In this document: one piece after another, positions 12,628 to 23,742 of the stretch
Position numbering within the stretch: the stretch's first letter is position 1
Layout of the letters: every line of letters starts with the position of its first letter
Assembly (NCBI GenBank): GCA_025201805.1
Contig: MU619296.1
Span: forward strand, 116,815-180,814
Source of the DNA: Parasitella parasitica NRRL 2501
Lineage: Eukaryota; Fungi; Mucoromycota
Reading direction: 5' to 3'
DNA length: 64,000 bases
Program-made: the position numbers and the translations under genes
Notes under the pieces: model-generated
What the model was told of the DNA's origin: nothing
Databases searched by the model: none
What the model saw: only the letters and a program-made list of their open reading frames with translations

Positions 12628-15600
12628 TCATTCATTATCATCGCTATCAACCCAGGCCTTGGAGATCACATCCTTGCCTGTCTTGATGTTGTTATCGTAT
12701 TCCTCAATCAGCTTTTGGATAGACGCTACTTTAGCAAGCAGAAATTTGATTCTCGCTTCGATTTCCTTGGGTGGTCGGTTGGGCGAATTGATGTTTGTTA
12801 GTTTGTTGATGTTGTCCTCAAGTTTTGCAATGTCTGCCTCGGATTGTTTTTTCAGCGCCATGTTGGTTTCAACCTCCATCGACGCAGCAAAAATCGTGTC
12901 TGACACTAACCTGTTGAACACAGTATAATACACGGGCTTGCCAGGGCGGATGGAGTTTGCACGCCCTTCTTTCTGCACAACAGTAATCATTTCGGCTCTC
13001 TCCAGTGCTTTTAGTGGCGCATCATTACCGAGGAAGGCAGGGCCCCATTTCAATTCATCGTAGTTGATCTATTCACATCAGATTAGATTAGATTCACACA
13101 CTCGCCTGCACAGGCGCAATTCAAGTTCTTACGCTCATTCTGTTTGTAAAGTATTTTACAATCGTCCAGAACTGTGTAGGTGTCCATTCTAATGTACTAC
13201 TCTCATCGGAAGAGTCCCCAAATCCGTATTTGCGAATTTCAATCAAATGTCGAGTGACAATGTCTTCGAAAGCAGCTGTAATTTGTAATTTGGAATAAAA
13301 CGTCAGACTACGCCCAAGGCTTTCTATTCTCACGTCCAAACCTACTCTGGGCATCCATCTTCATCTTCATCTTTTGAACCAGCAGCTCCAGTTCAGTCAA
13401 TCGACCACCAAGAGCAGCAACTACATTAGGGAGATCAGGATCTTGAACTTCAGAGCCGAGCTGTTTGTTGATAAAGGACATGGCCATTTCAGGAGGTGCA
13501 TCCGAAAGCGCAATGTTGGAGAAGCTCTTTCCTGGAAGTGCTTTTCCAAGCGTCTTCATCACGCTTGCATTTGAACTGACAAACACAACATGAGCAATCT
13601 CGTTTTCAATCAGCAAGGCAGCCCATTCAGCAAGCTCTTCCCAAAGCTTAGCATTCTTTGCAGTCTCACGGTACATGTAGTTGTCGATGACCACAATGGG
13701 AATACTCTTTTCGTCCAATTTATCTTCGTCTGCGCTATCATTGCTCTTTTCATCTGGCACAGTGCTCGGTCTGCTTTTACGTCCAGTTATGATGCTCTTC
13801 AATCTTTCAAGAATGTTTTCACGCTGGGCCTTTTCCTTGGCTCTTTTGCGGGCTTCCTTTTCATTGGGCACGACATCTCTTAATGCGATGGCAACCGTCT
13901 CCAGGATGGCTTTGGTCTGAGAGTCTGGATTTGTGGAAAACCCAGTTTTCTGGCCTGTTGTTGCAGCGACGACGGTGTCAATTAAACCATTAATGGACGA
14001 GACCCAGGTGAACACAGGGAAATAACCCACCTCTTTGGCGAGGCTTTTGGTCATGTCCGACTGATGTCTACCGTTACCCACAGTCTCGCAATCAATAAAC
14101 AGCTTATTTCTGGCATCATAAACTTGGTCAGCACAGAGGCTATGCTTAATTTGACATATGCTATATACGTTACTTTCTGTCCTTGATTGCTGATTTCACC
14201 AATGCCGATTTGCCACTTCCTTTATGACCAGAAACAAGCACAAAGGTTTCTAAATGTCTAAGGATTCAGCAACTTGTGCTTGCATTTTTTTTTTTTTTTT
14301 TTATTATTATTATCACATTCTCAACCAACTTACCTGGCGTTTCGGCAAACCATGAAATTAACTTTTCTGTTTTCTCAGTGTCGTCTGCCCAAACAGATGA
14401 GCCAACATTAGCTAAATCTCGAGTACCTCCTGGCATCAACCGGGCCCAGGTTTCATTACGCAGCCAGCGATAAATGGCATACTCTTGAGGATTGAATCTC
14501 TGGTTGATTTTTGATTCGATAAAGAATACACGAATTGGGTCAAACACAGCATAGGTTATCCCTGCAAATACAGCTGCCAGTACCGGAATTGTGATACGAG
14601 GGTGATTTACGAGCCAGTCTTTTACAACGTTTGTGCGCTACAGATGAACTATTATGAGTGCGTTGCATAACATATATATCCGTGTAAATATATATCCATA
14701 TTACCAGCTGTTTTTCGTACAACATGTTCAATCGAGTCCCATCAATGTAATGCCCATGCAAGCAATTGCGAGCGCTGGTAGCATGTCGGACTCTTGTGAA
14801 TTGTGCAATTGCATAACGAGCTGGATCTTTGGCAACAATAGGGTTCGGGTAGAGCGCTATATCAAACACTCTTCCATATGGCCTCAAATGCTGATACAAC
14901 CTCTCTACATTGACAGCTTCCCCTTGAAATTCAATTCGAAGCCGATTGGTTGGGTATCTGGCTATCATGTCTTCCATGAATGGCGATCCCTTGACTAAAA
15001 ATGCTCTGACTGATCGAAAATTGAATGGCGCAACGATGTTATGCTGTGTAATGTATTCGTTGACTCTGGCGACAATGTCAGTTGCAATATTGACTTTTGA
15101 TCCATCAGTGCTTTTGAATGCGAATGTAACAATTGCACCACCATCCTTTGTGCTACAATTGAATGTGGATGGACGATCAGTTCTTCTGGTGTTTTCTATA
15201 TAAATATACATGTAAAACATACCGCGCAAATATCTCCTTAATTGCAAAGTTGTATGGCAGATCTTCGGAAGGTATGGCTTGGTGTGCTTTTGATTCAAGA
15301 AAGTTCTTTGAGTTTCGAAAAAAGATTTGTCGTATGTCCAGACCCCCCATTTTCAAGGGGAATACGTTGTCGAGATAAAGTTGGGCCGTTTGCTCTCTAG
15401 TGACTTGATTGATGGGGATTTCCACAATTGATGGCTATCTCGGATATGAAATTACAGACTAGATGAAATGCACATCTGTTCTACATCTTACCTGAGACAC
15501 GGGGTTAGGAACCTTCGTAGAAGACTCTTCTGCAAGTCTCGCAGACAAGCTTTTGAAACTTCGCGTTCTAGACGCTCTGTTGTGATGAGCAACAAAGTTT

Positions 15601-15695
15601 ACTAGTGAAGTTTGTCTCGGTAGAATAGCACAAGATGCCTTTCTAATCGCTTGATTTCTGGGCCAAGCATTCGCTTGAATACGTGACAAAATCAT
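12628..15695 (-). CDS. YME2: Mitochondrial escape protein 2 (RRM + RNA12 domain); multi-exon
   Basis: Mitochondrial presequence, LYLDNVFP, RRM with ATSARNCLHG, FDPIRVFFI, VGYFPVF, WAALLIENEIAHVVF, LGGRLTEL, IRPGKPVY. Confidence 0.93.
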
Positions 15696-16129
15696 GTTGG
15701 GTCGAACGAAAAGAAAAAGAATGTGTTTTATGCGGGGCTTTTTTCATTTTGTAATTGTAATTTGCATGGAAAGGACTGGGTCGCAAATCACATTTTGACA
15801 TTGGGATGACGGAATTCAATAGACACTTTGTGATAAAGAACTTTTGTATACAGCTATTACAGCATTCAAATTTATGAATTGGTAGATAATATTACATTAT
15901 ACACGCATGATCTACCTTGAAAAAAGAAAGAAAAAAAATCCCTGCATTTGAGTTAGATCTCTTCTTTCTCTTGGCGATCAGCAAAATAAAACAAAAAAGC
16001 ATAGGGGGGTGAAAAGCAAAGAGATGAAAATCATACAATTAAACCCTCTCCTGAAGCATATATAAATACCAAGTAATGTTCAATAAACAGATTCTTCTTC
16101 TCTTTCTCTCTTTTCTTTCCCATCTTGAA

Positions 16130-17337
16130 ATGTCCCGCAATAGCAATACCAAACAAAAGACACCTCTTGTCACACACTTAGTTGCTGGTGGTGCTGCTGG
16201 TCTTATGGAAGCATGCACTTGTCATCCATTAGATACAATTAAAGTGAGAATGCAGCTCTCGAAATCCGGATCAAGAAGCGCTACGGTAAGCCTTGTCTCT
16301 TTGTATATTCCAGGTCATTTGCTAATTGGAGCTTCAGGGTCAACGTCTTGGCTTCTTGGGCGTTGGTGCCAAAATTGTAAGAAATGAGTCGTTTTGGGCA
16401 TTGTATAAAGGTTTAGGTGCTGTTGTGTCTGGCATTGTCCCAAAGATGGCTATCCGCTTTTCTTCTTTTGAGCTTTACAAGTCTTGGATGGCTGATGAAA
16501 ATGGCGTAGTGAGTACCAGCTCCGTATTCTTGGGTAAGTTAGAGACATATATCTACCATGGAAGGATGATATATTAATCGCATCACGTACATACATACAG
16601 CTGGTCTCGCTGCAGGAACTACAGAAGCAGTTTTGGTCGTTAGTCCTATGGATTTGATAAAGATTCGTTTGCAGGTATGTTTGCCAATCAACAAACTTTA
16701 TTTGTGATACTCAAGATGTAAACACAGGCACAACGTCATTCCATGGCTGATCCTTTGGACATCCCCAAGTATCGCAACGCACCTCATGCTGCTTATACCA
16801 TTGTAAAGGAAGAAGGTGTTAGAGCATTATATAAGGGCGTTACATTGACTGCATTGAGACAAGGTAAATATAACCACTACGAGAAGCGGTGCGCATATAT
16901 TAATGTTGGCTGTATATGCGCCTGTGTCTTTAGCTACGAATCAAGCTGCAAACTTCACTGCATACCAAGAAATGAAGAAATTTGCTCAAAATGTTCAAGA
17001 CTTGACCGAGCTGCCTTCATACCAACACTTGATCCTGGGTGGTGTTTCAGGTGCTATGGGTCCGCTTTCCAATGCCCCTATCGATACTATCAAGACTCGT
17101 ATCCAAAGATCCTCTGCTCCCGGTAGTGGTTTCGAAAGATTCAAGACCGTAACCTCTGAAATTATGAGAAAGGAAGGCTTCTTTGCCTTTTATAAGGGTT
17201 TAACTCCTCGTTTATTGAGAGTTGCACCAGGCCAAGCTGTAACCTTCATGGTTTATGAAAGAGTTAAAAGCATTATTGATAGTTTCTCTGAAAAAGTGCA
17301 AGATGGAGAAATTACCACCAAATTGGTCACCAAATAG
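16130..17337 (+). CDS. SFC1: Mitochondrial succinate/fumarate carrier; multi-exon
   Basis: Carrier signatures CHPLDTIKVRMQ, SPMDLIKIRLQAQ, APIDTIKTRIQ, plus the Sfc1-type HSMADPLDIPKYRNA and RVAPGQAVTF. Confidence 0.93.
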
Positions 17338-17821
17338 ATTCACCCATTATTATCATATAGTCTTACATTAAGTATAAATAAAATTAACGCGCTAAACTCG
17401 AAAATGGCAACATAGGCACAGAGTGTACTGTATCTCCAAATATTACGAAATTTAGCAAGAGTGATATTTTTATGGAGCTACCACGATTGAAATTTTAATT
17501 AGACTTGCCCTAAACAAAAGGTACAGAAAGAAGAAAGGTTATGTTGTCTGTAAATTTTCAACATACTCGAGAAAAACAATAATGTACTGCAGTAATAATA
17601 TAAATGCAATTATGAAGACCTTTAAAATAATTCAAACAATTTAGTGGTCTATTTCAGTAGGAAAGTGTTATAATATCATAATAAGCAGTACTTTCTTCGA
17701 GCAGAAATGCTTTCCTTGGCTTCTTTACCAAACATGAGCATTGATGATAGGGCTTTTATTTATATAAGAGAAAACGAACTTTAGCAACAATATAAATATC
17801 AAATGTGGCCTAATAGAAGAT

Positions 17822-19306
17822 CTACATATTAAGTCTTTCAAAAACGTATTCCTTTTCATCGCCTGTAAAAGGAATGCCCAATTCAATCAACTTCTTGAAG
17901 GCATTTGCAAAATCTTTAAAGAAAGCAGCAGTATCCTTTGCATACAATTCAAAGTAGGGTTTCAGCTTGTCATCTTCCAACATGGTGATCTCAATAGGTA
18001 GCATCATGACTTCGGGATTCGCTTTATCGACCCACTGCCATAGACCATTAGGGAGGTCTTTCTTTACCCACTCACGAGAAGTAATTGCTTTAAAGTACTC
18101 GTTGGAGAAGAAGGTGGGGGCTTCTTGCCAAGGTCCATCGTACCCACTGCGATCAAGGTGACATCTGCCTAAAGAATGAGCACCAACCAATGCAACGATT
18201 TCGCGATCGTTAAAACCCTAAGCAAAACGACATGTTGTTAACCATAATATACACAAATTCCGAGGCTTATTTGGCTGCCGTACCATACGATAAAAGATTT
18301 CACGAACATGATCTGCCTTCTTGGATCCATCAGGAAGACGACCGTCAGGAGTACATTTGTTCTCGCCTTGATCTCGGCGGCCAGGTTTCCACTTAATATC
18401 AGGGCCACCCTTTCGAATAGAATGTTAAAATAATTTCCGATATACATATACAATAGTCAAAACTTACAAGCTCTTGAATAGCAACAACGCCCCCTAATGT
18501 ATACATGTCGCCATAGCTAAGGTCAGGGTATTTAGGCTTGATGTGTTTCTCTAGAAGATCACGAGCGACTTCCAACCCGTTGTTGGCGCTATGCTGTGCT
18601 TCCGCTCTGAACCGCATTGTGCCGCCGTTACTACCACCAGAACCGTCCTCAACATTGTAAGTACCAGATGAATGCCAGGCTAAACGCAAAAGGACGGGTC
18701 CATAAGATCCATCATCATAACTAAGTTATATACACACAATCAGATGGCTTGGCGTAATAACTTTTAATATTATGGAATTACTCACTCTTCATTGGAATCC
18801 AATAATTCAGCAATATCATTGTAGACTTGTTGATAGTTGATTTCTTTTTCGGGTGCTGTCTTTTTAGAGCTGTCAGGCTTGTTGGTAGGCTCTTTCCTCG
18901 TGTCGTTTTTTGGTTTTGAGGTGCTTTTAGGTCCTGGCTCCATCTCCTGATCCTTTGTGGTAGCTGCAGCTGCAGTATTCTCGAGCTGCTCTTTATGGAC
19001 GACCTCATCGATTTTATCTGCTCTCTTTTTTTGATAATATGTGTATGCGGCGCCGAGAGAGATACAGCCTAATTAAACGGGCATGATAAATAAGAGTAGG
19101 CGTAATTTATTGCACGTATAAGGTGGATTACCAATCCATAACAAAGGGTTCGAGCCTGAACTATGATTTCCTGCAGGAGGGACAGTAGCAAAAGAACGAC
19201 GCATAATGGTGGATGTACGGACATTGACTGTCAAAGCTGTAGGTCGAATTGACTGACGTGCGCCGTAGCGAGATGCAAGACAGCCGAGTGTACGCAAGGA
19301 AGACAT
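17822..19306 (-). CDS. CCP1: Mitochondrial cytochrome c peroxidase; multi-exon
   Basis: Presequence and TM segment; [21 protein letters not shown] (distal R/W/H); GAHSLGRCH (proximal His); SGYDGPW (Trp191 equivalent). Confidence 0.93.
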
Positions 19307-20270
19307 TGTTTAAAGTTTATTGTAAGATCAAATTGGGAAAAACAAAGTAAACAAATTATCATACCAAAACATTCTCTGTTATTTCTTTCATAATTAGCAG
19401 GGGTTTCAAAGGCTATTATGTAAAGATGACTACAAATTTATGCTTGCGCCTTAAGGAATCGGAGCAAGTTTATTTTAGAAAGAGATCTATGTGATATTAG
19501 TTACAATTGCTATTAAGGTACAATGTCGCTATATCTACCTCCATGATACCTTCTTTTTTTTTTCGTAGATAAATGGTCTTGTGCTTTAATATACATCACC
19601 TGTAATTGAGGATTTAGTAAAATTAATCTTGAACAAATGTGTTCAGATTCTTGGGACATTTTGCGCATATGTTTGGTGGCAGAGTGTTCACTTAGTGGCC
19701 TTTTGAGATTGGGTTTTCAGATCATAAAACTTTATTTTCCACTCGTAGAAGGTTTTCTCAGCATATTTAAGCTTTTATTTTTTTTTGATAAAGCATTGCA
19801 ATGACTGTAGACACTCGGCCCTAGAATCTTTAATTAAGCCTGACTGGTACGATGCAATACTTCATACGGATGAGCTACGAGATAGTGTGCTAATCGATAC
19901 AGATTCAGTTGGAGACGCTGGTTGTGCTGAAGACCTGAACAACGATAGCAATGGCATAGGAAATTTGCGTCCACCCCAATTTTTATATGCTGATGGAAAG
20001 CGCTTTTTTGTTTAGTGGGCGAAAGAGAGATGATGCACATAAGAATTAGTTCTTACTCGTATGTAATACTCTAATATTTTATTACTGCTTCATTGTACAT
20101 AACAGGCCTCTACAAACGCATATTTTGTAGTATATCGTTCAACTGCTTGTATACGTTTGTATTGTTAAAACCCCACAACTTTTGGGTGGTTTTAACAAAA
20201 ATATTTTTCTGCCCTGTTTATTCAAAGATTCCCCTTTTCATTATTCTATTCTAAACAAAAAAAAAAAAAA

Positions 20271-21617
20271 ATGAATGGCAACGTAGATTTAAAGGATTCT
20301 CGCGTGCCTACCTTTATTCCATTTGAACGAAATGTAGATAAGTCAGCGACAAACCCTGCTACCAAAAGAAAAAGAACCGCAAAAAGCGACAACACGACTA
20401 AACCTCAAAAGAAAAAGACATCAAAATCTGTTAAAAAAGGTAGCCTCATACCGTTGCCATCGTTACAACTTATTTATTCTTTGGTTTAGTCAAGCAATCT
20501 TTCAAAGAAGAGTCTAGTCAAGAGGATATTGAGGTAAGCTATACGCTGATACAAGAGAGGGGAGGTAACTGATTTCCTACGTAACTGAAAAGGAACCTAT
20601 TGTTCATCATGTTTGGATTGGTGCTGCAACAAATGAAAAAAAGGGTGCTTTTGCCATCTATCACGGCGAAAAGGATAAACGAAACTACACTCATGTCTTC
20701 GAGAAGAAAGACGCACTTGAAGACTTAGAATACGCATACGTTTTGGTCAGTATAGTAACATGAGTACAGCACTCGATTGCATAATACTAAACGAGGCGTC
20801 TATTAAAGGGTGCCTTGAAAGCCGTTAGGTTGTCCAAAAATGACAATACACCTGTTATTGTAAACACCACTTGTAGAGATTTGCCAAGAGCTATTGCTGG
20901 TAAAGCAAGGGCTTTCCATTATGAGAACATGGCCCACGAAATTCGTGATATTATAGATAAAAAAGAACAACTTTTGTCTGTGGTAAAATGCAAATATCAA
21001 ACAAAAATTCACATTGAAATGTAACACGGTTTTTTATTATTAGCGCCATAATTCAGATAGACATGCCACTAATAATCAAAAGGCAGCTTTGGCTCTTGCA
21101 GAAAAAGCTTTGGATGGAAGGTAACTAATAAGTATTTATGGTATGCTATCCAGTTTATTCAGTGGTCTTTCATTTCCAAATTTTCAGCAATCAAGACAAG
21201 CAAGAGATCGAAAACTTGACTGTGGGAGAGCTAACGCGAGTTGTAGAGAAAGAAACAGAAGATGCGACTTTAGTTTCTTCGACCACTAACGAAGATCAGT
21301 TAAACCTCATTGTAGAGGGTGCGATTAATACTGCTGCAGAAATTGATGCCGAAACGATTCAAGAAGCTGTAGAGTCTGCCATCAATTCTAATGCATCAGT
21401 TGACAAGGATGTTGTCGTGGAAACGCAAGTTGAAACTTCAGTGGAGACCACAGTTGAAGTCAAAGTCATTGAAAATCAAACAGAAACATCAGCCTTTGAG
21501 CCGATGGACTTGGTACAAGAAGAAGCACAGGCACCCAAGTCATCCTGGGCCACTGTGTTGGGTCTTCAAAGCATTATCAATGTATTAAGCTCTCCTTTCA
21601 AAGCACGTAGAAACTAA
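20271..21617 (+). CDS. Six-exon gene: basic NLS-like N-terminus, RNase H1-like domain without catalytic residues, acidic tail
   Basis: Exons 20271-20439, 20490-20533, 20593-20745, 20809-20982, 21044-21120, 21189-21617 splice in frame at GT-AG sites. The central domain follows the RNase HI secondary-structure pattern (by-eye alignment). Confidence 0.75.
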
Positions 21618-22965
21618 AAATGTTCACTTATCCAAGATTCTATATATACTAATAAACATTTTCGTCATTTCCAACAACCTGCATTTTGATTCTGTACCCA
21701 TTTCTAAATGAAGGCGTGCAAAATTTATCGAAATCAAACGTTGAAAACATGCCCTTGATCCAAGTACTATCGCTGACGGAGATCGCAAAGGCTTTTCTGA
21801 ATGTATGTGCATACAGATCTGCATTGGGCAAACAGATTACTTGGTTATAAGGATTGTTGGTACGCGTTATATTGGCATCTGTCCTGTTGCCTCGTTACGA
21901 GGAGAGCCAATCAGTGTCATCTAAAACAGTGAATTTTGCATGTTGTACTGGTGAATGTTTTTCTAAAATTATTACGACGTCTCATACATGCTCGAATGTT
22001 TAGTGCAGCATCGTTTATTAGCTCATGTTCTGCATATATCAGCGACTGGTATCGCTTGGATTTTCTTTGTTTGCAAACGTGATGCAATTAACAAAGCCCA
22101 TTCATTATTAATCAAACTTTATTTATGAATAAATTATCCAGCTGTCAATCATATGTTTACGCAATATTAACAGTGAGTTCATCTTCTAGTAAATATGAAT
22201 AGCATTTTTGGCCTAAGTAGAAAAATGTGTCAAAATGTCATTTTCACTGGGCGTTTTCCAACCATTAAAATAGTTCTTAATTCATCCAGACATAAACACT
22301 ATAGTTTTGACAGACATTACTACACAAGCATTTAGTAATGGATGCTCAAAATTTCTTCTGAATTTGATTTTCACACTTATCCGGAATAGCTAGTTAAACA
22401 TGTTCCTTGGACTAGACGTGACCAGATTACGACGTTTGCGTAATACTTACCTTTGAGTATCCGCATCATGGGTATTGTGTTTCAAACAAACTGCACATCC
22501 ACGGATATAGTATAATGCACAGAGGCGCTAACGTAGTACACAGGCTAGCAAGGTATGAGAATAGATCTTTGTGACCATCGTTCGTCTTAGTAATCAAGTG
22601 CATTGCTGAAGTGTTGGTACTGTGGCAATAATGTGAATAGCCGTTGATGGAGTGAAATTTATATAGAAGAGAAACAAATCATTAATGTATGATGGACTTT
22701 ACAGAATAAATACATCTCGGGATCTACTGATATGTAATGCTGCGCTCATTTTCCTGGAGAAGACGCCATTGCGATCGACTTACGACAACTGCCATTTATA
22801 GTCATTATCTCGGGGTCTTTTCATGTGTTGAATTAATAATCACAGCAAACTTCTCAATGCCTTGTACAGCTATATAATAAAATCATTATACAAATTAAGC
22901 TTCCTTTGCTTCTTTTTTTTATTTTTATTTTTATTTTATTTTTTTAACATCTTCGTTGGAAAAAA

Positions 22966-23742
22966 ATGGATAGCATCTTTTCATCGTCCCAATCTCCTCT
23001 AGACTCGCTTGTATTTGATTCAGTGACAGATCCTCTTAAACCATTGGATATGGAAACAAAAGAAAACCTTGAATTATGGGTATATACATGCTTTTTTTTC
23101 AAAGAGATTAACTATCCTGGATACTCATCTATCCCATAGACAAATGTTCAATTTACACACGATGTTCAGCCAGGAAGTGGTCTTTATAATGACTCTATAA
23201 AATCTCCACTCTCATCAGTATCAAGCCAAGAATCTACCAGTGCTGCTTCAAGTAATAGTCTGTCAAATATAACTTATGAAAGTCTTGCAAATTACTTGGA
23301 TTTCGAGCTTCCTAAACAACATTTAACAGTACAAATTGATGATCAAAATAAACAACAGCAACAGCAATCGAGACGACAATTACTATTACCCAAAATTCCA
23401 TCTAATGCAACCCTTGAAGAAATCACCAAAGTTTTATTCTCGAGTATACCTAATACAGCAGCAGCTACAACTACCACTAAAATCCCCATCACATCTACAA
23501 CAGCCAAAATAAGCAAAGAAAAATCGGCGGTTGAAGAAGAAAAAAGAAAAAGAAATACAGCCGCAAGTGCAAGGTTTCGCATCAAGAAGAAACAAAAAGA
23601 GCAATCCATGGAACAAACTGTTCGTGAATTGACTCAAAAATCAAGTGGATTAGAGAACCGTGTCAAAGAATTAGAGCTTGAAATCAAATTTTTGAGAGGT
23701 CTCTTGATTGAAAAGAAGCAAGACGAAGAAAATGCCAACTAG
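22966..23742 (+). CDS. bZIP transcription factor, MetR/Cys-3/Zip1-like; one intron
   Basis: bZIP EEEKRKRNTAASARFRIKKK...LENRVKELELEIKFLRGLL. The N-terminal LELW|TNVQF motif across the intron resembles the MetR-family motif. Confidence 0.85.

Noticed and set aside
12209-12928. 239-aa plus-strand ORF spanning the Sel1 gene and YME2
   Set aside because: Antisense shadow of two real minus-strand genes.
21620-21925. Short minus-strand ORFs and a small hairpin downstream of the RNase H-like gene
   Set aside because: In-frame stop upstream, and no recognisable protein or RNA family motif.
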